From positions 64,001 to 128,000 of the forward strand of contig CAXBMO010000007.1 of assembly GCA_963977015.1 (NCBI GenBank): a stretch of 64,000 bases of DNA, given 5' to 3'. A program made the translations under genes and the position numbers. Shown in pieces: positions 7,836 through 16,111 of the stretch. Under the pieces are notes generated by a model. The model saw nothing but the letters and a program-made list of their open reading frames with translations. It made no database searches and was not told the origin of the DNA. This DNA is from an uncultured bacterium (GTDB taxonomy: Bacteria; Verrucomicrobiota; Verrucomicrobiia; Verrucomicrobiales; DEV007). Positions within the stretch are counted from its first letter, which is position 1. Every line of letters begins with the position of its first letter.

Positions 7836-9725
7836 TTACTTGGTGTTTTCCACCTCAGCTTCAAATATACGAAGTGCTTCCTGAATTAAAGGATCATTCT
7901 TAAATTTCTGCTCATCAACCGGAGGTTCAGCTTCAACAATCTCGGGCTCCGTTGGTTCCTCGGGGGCAGGTTCCGGAGTTCGTTCCTTCTTGGGCGAAGA
8001 CTTTGGCTCCTGAATTCTCGGTGAAGCGGCAACGGCTTCGACGGCGGGCTCTTCGATTTCAGGAAGCTCGGGTTCGGGAATCGAGTCTCGAATTTCGCAC
8101 TGCAAAGTCATTTGGCTGCCACCATGCGCTTCGAGCAGTTCTTCGACGAACGTTTTGCTTTTCTCCCGCATCATCGAATCTCTGGCAAACCGGTTCCCCG
8201 GAGAGAAGCCAATGACGAAATTGCGTCCCGATTGCTCCAGAAATTGGACTCCTTTCGTCCACCCGGACATCAGCGGCCGCTGCGCGTCGATGGTTGCGGA
8301 TACCGCTTTCCAGAGGGCTTCACCACTGAGGTCTCCGGTCGGCACCGGGCCGGCCTTTCTTTCAGCCACGGGTTCGGGCTCGGGTTCGGATTCAGCTTTT
8401 GATGGTTTGGGCGGGTCCGGCTCAAAAGGCGGCGCATCCTCCATTGCCTCAGACTCAGCTGGTCCTTCAATTTTGACCTTCCCATTCGGCTTCTCCGTGG
8501 CCGAAGCCGGCGGACTATCGCTTACTGACTCCTTTTTTTTTACGGGGGCTTTTGAAGTTGGCGCAGCTTCCGTCGGCATTTGGGCGGCGCCATCACTGGC
8601 TTGGTGCAGCATTCCAATCACATCACTGATCGTCATCTCTGCCATGATTTGCATGGCCTTGATCACACCAATCTCAAGATGAAGCCGTTTGTTGGGCGCC
8701 CACTTCATCCTCGTTTCCGTCTCGGCAAAATGGTCGATCAAATTGAGCAATCTTTCCGGCACGGCCTGCTTGGTCTGGGCACGGATTCGATCTGCAATCT
8801 CCGGAGCCAGGTCGGCAAATTCGTTCTTCGGATCAACCAGGGAGATGAGAAGATTCCGCAAATAGCCAATCCAATCGGCCAACAACCGCGAAAGATCCTT
8901 CCCCTTTTCACTCTCGGCGTGAATCGATTCCAACGCGATGGCTGACTTCTTCGTGAGAATGGCGTCGGTCAGGTTGGCAATCGTTTCCAGCGAAGTGAAC
9001 CCGAAGATGTCGAGAACGTTCTCCTCCTTGATGTGCTTCCCGCAAAAGGCAACCAACTGGTCGAGCATGGACTGGGCATCGCGCATCCCGCCATCCGCAC
9101 CTTTGGCAATCGCGTAAGCCGCATTTTCATCGAGCTTGATCTTTTCCTTCTTGGCAATCAACAGAAGATGATCGGCAATGATCTGGGTCGGAATTCTTCG
9201 GAGATCGAAGCGCTGACACCGACTGATGATCGTCGGCAAAATTTTGTTGGGTTCCGTCGTCGCAAAGATGAACTTCACATGCGCAGGAGGTTCTTCGAGC
9301 GTCTTCAACAAAGCGTTGAACGCCGCAGTCGAGAGCATGTGAACCTCGTCAATGTAGTAGATCTTAAATTTGCTGCTGGAAGGCGCGAACTTCACGGTTT
9401 CGCGCAATTCGCGAACCTGCTCGACGCCATTGTTGGAGGCTCCGTCAATTTCCAGAACGTCCAGACTGATCCCCTCCGCGATTTCGCGGCAGAGCTCATG
9501 GTCCGGATCAAAATCCACCTTCGGTCCGTCCGGACAATTCAAGGCCTTCGCGAAAATTCGAGCCGTGGACGTTTTTCCCGTTCCCCGTGGACCGACAAAA
9601 AGATAGGCATGCGCCAAGCGGTCCTGCTCGATCGCGTTTCGCAGCGTACGTACGACGTGATCCTGACCCAGGACGTCGTCAAAGGTCTGGGGGCGATATT
9701 TTCGGGCAAAAACCTGATAACTCAC
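7836..9725 (-). CDS. dnaX: DNA polymerase III subunit tau/gamma
   Basis: ARKYRPQTF, Walker A GPRGTGKT, EIDGASN, IDEVHML, NALLKTLEEPP, SRC motif. Confidence 0.97.
   Translation of the reverse strand: MSYQVFARKYRPQTFDDVLGQDHVVRTLRNAIEQDRLAHAYLFVGPRGTGKTSTARIFAKALNCPDGPKVDFDPDHELCREIAEGISLDVLEIDGASNNGVEQVRELRETVKFAPSSSKFKIYYIDEVHMLSTAAFNALLKTLEEPPAHVKFIFATTEPNKILPTIISRCQRFDLRRIPTQIIADHLLLIAKKEKIKLDENAAYAIAKGADGGMRDAQSMLDQLVAFCGKHIKEENVLDIFGFTSLETIANLTDAILTKKSAIALESIHAESEKGKDLSRLLADWIGYLRNLLISLVDPKNEFADLAPEIADRIRAQTKQAVPERLLNLIDHFAETETRMKWAPNKRLHLEIGVIKAMQIMAEMTISDVIGMLHQASDGAAQMPTEAAPTSKAPVKKKESVSDSPPASATEKPNGKVKIEGPAESEAMEDAPPFEPDPPKPSKAESEPEPEPVAERKAGPVPTGDLSGEALWKAVSATIDAQRPLMSGWTKGVQFLEQSGRNFVIGFSPGNRFARDSMMREKSKTFVEELLEAHGGSQMTLQCEIRDSIPEPELPEIEEPAVEAVAASPRIQEPKSSPKKERTPEPAPEEPTEPEIVEAEPPVDEQKFKNDPLIQEALRIFEAEVENTK
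8494..8541 (-). other. Candidate dnaX frameshift / transcriptional slippage site
   Basis: Coding strand GTA AAA AAA AAG (A9 run 8533-8541). Stops follow quickly in both shifted frames. Downstream UUCG hairpin at 8494-8514. Confidence 0.65.
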
Positions 9726-9907
9726 AATATGGGCACTCTATGGCGGGATGACTGCTTGAAAACCGCTTTTTTTGGCTTTGGCAGGATTCATGCAATTCTT
9801 CGAAACCGTCGCCTACGTGGTGAACGGGGTTGGGTCCGGTCGTCGCGAATTGCGAGAAAAGATAATCAATCGGACTAAATTCCCGTCAAACCCCAAGAAA
9901 ACCGCCC

Positions 9908-11089
9908 ATGACACCTGATCTGAAAGTCCTCGATTCCATCCGGTCACGAGAACACACCATGATTCAGCAGTTGAAGGATTGGGTTTCCATCAATTCAGGT
10001 TCCGAGAACCGGGAAGGCTTGGAGTCGATGCGAAACAAACTGGAATCCGCCATCAAAGAGATTCCGGCGACGACGCTCGAACCGATTCCCCTCCCCAATG
10101 GAACCGCCATTCAGGCGATTTGTCGGCCAGAAGCCCCGAGACGGGTCTTTTTGAGTGGCCACATGGACACCGTCTATCCCCTCGACCATCCGTTTCAGAG
10201 TTGGACGATGATCGAAGAGAATCGACTTCAGGGCCCTGGTTCTGCGGACATGAAAGGTGGCCTTCTCGTGATGATTGAGGCGTTGAAAGGCTTCGAATTG
10301 TCGCCCAATGCCAAGAAGTTGGGCTGGGAGATCCTGATTTCGACGGATGAGGAGATTGGTTCGCCGGGTTCCTCCCCTTTTCTCGAAGAGGCCGCCCGGC
10401 GTTGTGAAATTGGGCTGGTTTTTGAGCCGGCGATCCAGGGAAGTGGCGACCTCTCCCGGCAGCGACTCGGAAGCGCCACGTTTCACGTTACCGCCACGGG
10501 CAAAGCGGCGCACGCCGGCCGCGACTTTGCATCGGGACGCAATGCGATCGCTGGATTGAGCGCAGCCATCACCAGTTTGCACGAACTCAATCAGTTGGAC
10601 GACGTCACCTGTAACATTGGGAGGATCGAAGGCGGCGGCCCGCTCAATGTGGTTCCGGAAGTCGCGAAAGCCTCCTTCAACTTCCGAGCCGCCGATCCTC
10701 AATTGGTCGAAAACGCGCTCCAATCGGTCACGAAGCAGGTTCGAGCCGAATACGATGTCGCCTTGCATTGGGAAGGTGGATTCACCCGCCAACCCAAACT
10801 CGTGACACCTGCGATCGAAGAACTGTTTTCACGCTATCAAGCGTGTGCGGAAGCACTTGGCTTTCAGCTGAACTGGCGAAACACTGGCGGTTGTTGCGAC
10901 GGGAACAACCTCGCCGCAGCCGGATTGCCAAACCTCGACAACCTGGGTGTCAGGGGTGGCAACATCCACAGTTCCGAAGAGTTTGTCGATCTTGATAGCC
11001 TTGTTGAGAGAACGCAGCTAACGGCGCTTTTTCTTACGGATTACGCAGAATCGTCTGCGCTCGATCCGGTCCAACGCCAATCATCGTGA
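9908..11089 (+). CDS. M20-family metallo-hydrolase (glutamate carboxypeptidase/ArgE-like)
   Basis: GHMDTV, GPGSADMKGG, DEEIGS, FEP, GKAAHAG, GNIHS. Confidence 0.88.
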   Translation: MTPDLKVLDSIRSREHTMIQQLKDWVSINSGSENREGLESMRNKLESAIKEIPATTLEPIPLPNGTAIQAICRPEAPRRVFLSGHMDTVYPLDHPFQSWTMIEENRLQGPGSADMKGGLLVMIEALKGFELSPNAKKLGWEILISTDEEIGSPGSSPFLEEAARRCEIGLVFEPAIQGSGDLSRQRLGSATFHVTATGKAAHAGRDFASGRNAIAGLSAAITSLHELNQLDDVTCNIGRIEGGGPLNVVPEVAKASFNFRAADPQLVENALQSVTKQVRAEYDVALHWEGGFTRQPKLVTPAIEELFSRYQACAEALGFQLNWRNTGGCCDGNNLAAAGLPNLDNLGVRGGNIHSSEEFVDLDSLVERTQLTALFLTDYAESSALDPVQRQSS

Positions 11090-12311
11090 CGGGAACGCCC
11101 AGAATTTCTTCCAACTTCTTGATAAAGTTTTGGGCACCTTCAGGAAGCGAATCCCAATCTCGAGCCTTTGAGATATCGGTCTTCCAGCCCGGCATTTCCG
11201 CGTAGACCGGCTTTCCTTTTGCGAAAACATCCAAACTCGCGGGAGGAAGTTCCACGTTTTCCCCGTCAATTTCGTAATGGGTGCAAATCCGGACGGAATC
11301 CATCTGGTCCAAACCATCAAGGTTGGTGACGGCCAATTCATCAATGCCATTGACGATGACCGATTGGCGCAACAGGACGGCGTCCAACCAACCGCAGCGC
11401 CGTTCGCGCCCGGTCGTTGCGCCGAATTCGCGCCCCATTCCATGGAGGTAGTCGCCAAACTCGTCGTCTTCGGTTGGAAATGGTCCAGAACCAACCCGTG
11501 TGGTGTAGGCCTTGCAGACTCCAACCACCTGATCAATGCGGTTTGGCGGAAACCCTGCGCCCGTGCAAGCGCCGCCTGATGTCGTGTTCGAAGACGTGAC
11601 GAAGGGATACGTTCCGTGATCGATGTCCAGGTAAGTCCCCTGCGCTCCTTCAAATAACAGGTTGGAGCCGCTCTTCATGGCTTCATCCAAATAAGCCATC
11701 GTGTTTTTCATAAACGGACGAAGACGCTCAATCGCGGCAAGCACTTCGGCTCCAATCTTCTCCAAATCCATTTCTTCGAGTCCCGCAGCTTCCAGAAGCT
11801 CGTTGCAATCCTCCATTCTCGACCGAAACCGCGTCGCAAAACTCTCGATATCCGTCGTATCGATCATTCTGAGGCCGACCCGATTCGCTTTATCGGCGTA
11901 GGTTGGGCCAATACCGCGTTTGGTCGTCCCAATCTTGGCATCACCAAGGTCCGCCTCTCTTAAGCCATCGATTTCCCGATGATAAGGAAGCGTCAGATGC
12001 GCCCGGTCGCTAATCATCAGCCGATCAGGAGTGATTGTGATGCCCTGTTGCTCAAGGGTATCGATTTCTCCAAGCAAGCCGACGGGGTCCATGGCGACTC
12101 CATTGCCGATCACGCAGGTTTTGCCTTCCCAAAGGATTCCGGAGGGAATGAGATGAAGAATGTATTTCTTGCCATCATTGATGACGGTGTGACCAGCGTT
12201 ACTTCCGCCTTGCGCACGTATCACGACGTCCGCACTCTCGGTGAGGTAATCTACAATTTTTCCTTTTCCCTCGTCTCCCCACTGGGCTCCCACGATAATA
12301 ACATTCGACAT
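11034..12311 (-). CDS. purA: Adenylosuccinate synthetase
   Basis: GAQWGDEGKGK, NAGHT, IGTTKRGIGP, EGAQG, GATTGR. Confidence 0.98.
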   Translation of the reverse strand: MSNVIIVGAQWGDEGKGKIVDYLTESADVVIRAQGGSNAGHTVINDGKKYILHLIPSGILWEGKTCVIGNGVAMDPVGLLGEIDTLEQQGITITPDRLMISDRAHLTLPYHREIDGLREADLGDAKIGTTKRGIGPTYADKANRVGLRMIDTTDIESFATRFRSRMEDCNELLEAAGLEEMDLEKIGAEVLAAIERLRPFMKNTMAYLDEAMKSGSNLLFEGAQGTYLDIDHGTYPFVTSSNTTSGGACTGAGFPPNRIDQVVGVCKAYTTRVGSGPFPTEDDEFGDYLHGMGREFGATTGRERRCGWLDAVLLRQSVIVNGIDELAVTNLDGLDQMDSVRICTHYEIDGENVELPPASLDVFAKGKPVYAEMPGWKTDISKARDWDSLPEGAQNFIKKLEEILGVPVTMIGVGPDRAQTILRNP

Positions 12312-12439
12312 AGTTAGAGAATTGAATTTTGAGCGGAGGAAACGGCGCGACCCAGGATCGCAATCCTGTCAGTCCCCGAAAACCTCGCGGGCGGCATCCT
12401 GCACCCGATAGCGATTGAATCAACCGGAGATATGGAACC

Positions 12440-12964
12440 TTACTTCAGAAAAACGAAGGTTGCTGCCACGACTCCGACAGCACAGACGATTGCAACAAAT
12501 CCAAACGCCTTCACCGCACTGCCGACAGCATCCTTTTTCTTAATGTTCTTCGGAAATGGTGAGATGCTGTGGAAATTGGCCGGACGTCCCGTCGAATCCA
12601 AGGGCGTTGAAGCAAAACTTCCGACGGCGTCGCCCGCACTAACAGGAGCTTCCACCGCCGCATATCCCATGGCTTCGGGTTGCTCAAATCGAGCGGAAAT
12701 CTGTCCGAACAGAATCTCAGAGCCGTGTTCAAGCAAGGCTTCGTGAATCTGCTGGCCGTTCACAAACGTGCCGTTGGTCGATTGGTTGTCTGAGATGGTG
12801 TAGGTCCCATCGGCATTCTGAACCAGCTGGGAATGCACCCCTGACAGAGAGCCGTGATCGATAATAATGTGATTGCCCTCGCTGCGCCCAACGGTGATTT
12901 GAGGTTCATCAAATTCGTAGACGGCTTCTTCGGCATCGGGGACTTGGACAGTAAGCTTTGCCAT
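12440..12964 (-). CDS. FHA-domain protein with C-terminal membrane anchor
   Basis: VGR...S..H...STNGTFVNG FHA signature; hydrophobic C-terminal helix. Confidence 0.88.
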   Translation of the reverse strand: MAKLTVQVPDAEEAVYEFDEPQITVGRSEGNHIIIDHGSLSGVHSQLVQNADGTYTISDNQSTNGTFVNGQQIHEALLEHGSEILFGQISARFEQPEAMGYAAVEAPVSAGDAVGSFASTPLDSTGRPANFHSISPFPKNIKKKDAVGSAVKAFGFVAIVCAVGVVAATFVFLK

Positions 12965-13089
12965 ATTGGCTGGAGTGTAGGGAGCGACTCGCCGAAGGGC
13001 AAGTCTCGAATCAACGACAATTTAGACTTTGGATTTCGAGTTTTGGATCTTCATTCACGGTAATTCCGGAATTTTTAATCAAATCCAAC

Positions 13090-13551
13090 ATGACTCATCG
13101 CTTTGTTCATTCCCGCCGGGTCGAATTTGCCGACACCGACCTTGCCGGGATCATGCATTTTTCGAACTTCTTCCGGTTCATGGAAGTGAGCGAACACGCT
13201 TTCTATCGGTCGCTGGGCTTCAGCGTTCATGATTTCCGTCCCCAACCTGACGGGCCGGCCATTGGATGGCCGCGAGTTCATGCTTCTGCGGATTTTCGTC
13301 TGCCCATTCGGTTCGAAGACGAAATCGACGTCGAATTGTTGATCGAACGCATTGGCAACAAGTCCATCAGCTACGTGTTTCGCTTCTGGACACCCAACAA
13401 GAAAGTTGCGGCAACCGGAAAATTCACGGTTGCCTGCGTTCAATTTGGTGAGAGCGGTGAACCAATGAAAGCGGTGCCGATTCCCGAGGAGGTCCGCGCA
13501 AAAATCAGCGAAGCGCCACCGGAGTTGATCGAGTTGAGCGCAAAATCCTAA
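13090..13551 (+). CDS. Acyl-CoA thioesterase (4HBT/YbgC hot-dog fold)
   Basis: RRVEFADTDLAGIMHFSNFFRFME. Confidence 0.9.
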   Translation: MTHRFVHSRRVEFADTDLAGIMHFSNFFRFMEVSEHAFYRSLGFSVHDFRPQPDGPAIGWPRVHASADFRLPIRFEDEIDVELLIERIGNKSISYVFRFWTPNKKVAATGKFTVACVQFGESGEPMKAVPIPEEVRAKISEAPPELIELSAKS

Positions 13552-13611
13552 GAAATTCCGCAAGCGAAAACCACATTTTCGTCTTTGTCTGGTTATCCAC
13601 CCGATTATTCC

Positions 13612-14067
13612 ATGAGCACTCCTGCCAAAACCTCCAAAAGCGCTAATCGTCTTTGCCTCCTCATTCCCTTACTCGCCATTGGAGTGATTGCCCCGACCGC
13701 CTGCTACTACGAAGACTACGGCTATCCCGCTTCGGGTCAGGGACATGTCTACAAAGCAGCCCCCTATGGGAGTTACTCATCGCGAAGTCAGCCCTACCCG
13801 CCCCGAACCCAGCCGTATCCCTATCAGCGTTCGAGCCCCTATGGATACAATTACAACAGCCGATACGACTATGGAGGTGGTTCCCGTCACAGCTCTCATG
13901 AGTATCATGAACAGCGGTCGCAAGCCTATCAGCAGGCGGCAAAACGCCAGGAACAGGCCGTTGAAAGCCGACGCGAGAGCAGCAAGGAGGGGTGGCAGTA
14001 CGAAGACCGCAATGAAAGACGCCCACGCGGGAACGAAGAGCCGTTTGAAGAGAGGAAGAAACGTTAA
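13612..14067 (+). CDS. Hypothetical Tyr/Pro-rich, Glu/Arg-tailed putative lipoprotein
   Basis: Basic N-terminus, hydrophobic stretch ending PTAC (lipobox-like), low-complexity body. Confidence 0.65.
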   Translation: MSTPAKTSKSANRLCLLIPLLAIGVIAPTACYYEDYGYPASGQGHVYKAAPYGSYSSRSQPYPPRTQPYPYQRSSPYGYNYNSRYDYGGGSRHSSHEYHEQRSQAYQQAAKRQEQAVESRRESSKEGWQYEDRNERRPRGNEEPFEERKKR

Positions 14068-14084
14068 GTCAGCGGTTTCTCATC

Positions 14085-14651
14085 TTGAGCGGCATCACGG
14101 CATTTGAGCGTTGGTTGGCCCCCGGGCTGCTGATCAGCGTTGCCCTGGTGCAAATCACGCTTTCCCACACCAAAGACCTCACCCCATGGAAGGGCGGAGG
14201 TTTTGGCATGTTCGCCTCGACAGACTCTCTTTCGATGAGAGTCGTTAGCTGCGAGGCGGAAACCCTCGCTGGAGAAACCATTCTGGTGGACGCCTTGGAC
14301 GCGGTGGGAAGTGATCGGCGTGACATGATGCGCTCAATGCCGGGCGAACGTTCCCTGATTTGGCTGGGGCATCGGCTTCTGGACTTGGAGTTGGTCCCTG
14401 AAACCGCCCGCCGAATGGCAGCGGAAGAACGCCTCAAGAGCGAGAATCCCGATCTGGATTGGAAACTGGCTTTTGGCAATTCGAAGACAACCAGCTTCTA
14501 TCGCCCGGTAAGGGTAAGCGATCCGGAGGACGTCGATCCTGTTTCTCTCCGGCGGGTAACGCTTCGATGGTGGCGGGTGGCGTTTGACGGAGACGCGGGA
14601 AAACTCTGGACCGAGCCAATCGGCGAAGCAATTACGGTTGAGCTACGATGA
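14085..14651 (+). CDS. Hypothetical membrane-anchored protein with WKGGGFGMFAS motif (partner of the downstream HTTM-like protein)
   Basis: One N-terminal TM; ATGA overlap with the next gene. Confidence 0.7.
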   Translation: MSGITAFERWLAPGLLISVALVQITLSHTKDLTPWKGGGFGMFASTDSLSMRVVSCEAETLAGETILVDALDAVGSDRRDMMRSMPGERSLIWLGHRLLDLELVPETARRMAAEERLKSENPDLDWKLAFGNSKTTSFYRPVRVSDPEDVDPVSLRRVTLRWWRVAFDGDAGKLWTEPIGEAITVELR

Positions 14652-15520
14652 TGAATCCGATTGCGGCGTTCAGAGGCATGTTTGCGGATCTTCTCCGGCT
14701 TCCAACCGAAGAACTCGTGTTGCGGCTCACCCTTCTCACGCTGCTGTTACACGGTTCCAGCGAAACCTGGTTGGACGTGGCCCTTCAGGTTCTTTGCGGA
14801 ATGATGCTGGTCAGCCGCAATCACTTCGCCTCGCCCGGCTTGTGGATTGCCGTCTCCTCCTTCATCTGGATCATCAACGCAACGGACTGGCTCTGGATCG
14901 ATAACCACAAGTTCCTGATGAGTTATTGGGTTCTGGCCTGCACCGTGGCGGTTCTCAGCAAGGCCCCGATGCAAGTGTTGCGGTGGAACGGAAAAGTCCT
15001 GGTCGGCCTTTGTTTTGGGTTTGCGACGCTCTGGAAATTGTTGGCCGGCCAATACTGGAACGGCGACTTCATGGTCTATACCCTCTTGGTGGACGGCCGA
15101 ATGGAGTTCATCGCCAACTCGCTCGCGGGAATTCCCAAGGCAGATTTGGCGCAATCCCGACTTTTGGAAGATACGATTGGACTGCTCCCGAACGAACAAC
15201 TGCAAACCAGCCTGCCGATTACGGAACGATTGCGTTTTGTTGCCCTGGGAATGTCGTGGTGGACCCTGTTGATCGAGGCTGCAACGGCCGTTCTCTTCCT
15301 GGTGAAAAGCCCGATTTCAAACCGTTGGCGGGATTTGGTATTGTTGGCGTTTGTTGCCTCCACTTATGTTTTCGTGCCCGTCCTCGGCTTTGGTTATATT
15401 CTAACCATCATGGGTCTCGCGTCCTGCCCTCCGGAACGAACGATGATCCGCACGGTTTATCTTGCGGTTTTGGTGATCCTTCAACTGGGCCGTTTGCCTT
15501 GGGAACGGCTACTGAGCTGA
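14648..15520 (+). CDS. HTTM-like polytopic membrane protein
   Basis: WIDNHKFL, FATLWKL..GQYWNG, TLLIEA resemble the NH / AGxxKL..dW..G / E pattern of HTTM proteins. Confidence 0.6.
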   Translation: MMNPIAAFRGMFADLLRLPTEELVLRLTLLTLLLHGSSETWLDVALQVLCGMMLVSRNHFASPGLWIAVSSFIWIINATDWLWIDNHKFLMSYWVLACTVAVLSKAPMQVLRWNGKVLVGLCFGFATLWKLLAGQYWNGDFMVYTLLVDGRMEFIANSLAGIPKADLAQSRLLEDTIGLLPNEQLQTSLPITERLRFVALGMSWWTLLIEAATAVLFLVKSPISNRWRDLVLLAFVASTYVFVPVLGFGYILTIMGLASCPPERTMIRTVYLAVLVILQLGRLPWERLLS

Positions 15521-16111
15521 CCCCAATCTCCTTTGAATCGCCGTCATGATCAGAGGCAGCTTTTTGAGTTGAGACCTGATGATCAATCTTTGAGGGATGT
15601 ATTTCCCAGCATCGAGATGCAGCCGGTAAGTCAGAAGCGTCTGACTTTCCCCTCCACTCCCCTTGATGACTTCAAAGAGCCACGCGCCTTCGATGTGCTC
15701 AAAGTCTCCACTCACGCGGTGGAATTCCACCCGACTTGGATAGATCCCAACGTGTTTCACCACATAGAAGGCATTCTTGGTAACATTCAGCCCTTTGACT
15801 TCCTGTGAAATGAGAGTGGTCATCCCTTCGCGTGAAAGTACCTCGGCTTTCACAACGCTCTCGATGACTTCCGGAATCGCCTCTTTATCATCGATCAAAT
15901 CCCAGACCTCTTGCAACGAATGCTCCAGCAGTATCACTGAAACGATGAATCGCTTTTCATTGCCCGGCTCCTTCTCTTCCCAGACCAGGATTTCACCGTC
16001 TTGCAATCGCGCCCGATCATCTTCACTAAACGCATTGAACTTCTGCGCTTGGGCTGTCGAATAAAATCCGAAGACCAAACAAACGATCAATAGCAGTGAT
16101 AGCCGCATCAT
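15509..16111 (-). CDS. Exported SRPBCC/START (polyketide cyclase-like) lipid-binding protein
   Basis: Signal peptide; VWDLIDD, SGDFEHIEGAWLF, TLLTYRL. Confidence 0.75.
   Translation of the reverse strand: MMRLSLLLIVCLVFGFYSTAQAQKFNAFSEDDRARLQDGEILVWEEKEPGNEKRFIVSVILLEHSLQEVWDLIDDKEAIPEVIESVVKAEVLSREGMTTLISQEVKGLNVTKNAFYVVKHVGIYPSRVEFHRVSGDFEHIEGAWLFEVIKGSGGESQTLLTYRLHLDAGKYIPQRLIIRSQLKKLPLIMTAIQRRLGSAQ

Noticed and set aside
9726-9907. Possible SRP RNA (ffs) or tRNA-Ser, often found upstream of dnaX
   Set aside because: No SRP domain IV motif (CAGG..GGAA..AGCAG) or tRNA T-loop/cloverleaf seen on either strand
12312-12439. Small hairpin CAGGAT-CGCA-ATCCTG upstream of purA as a purine riboswitch
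   Set aside because: No recognisable riboswitch core or expression platform
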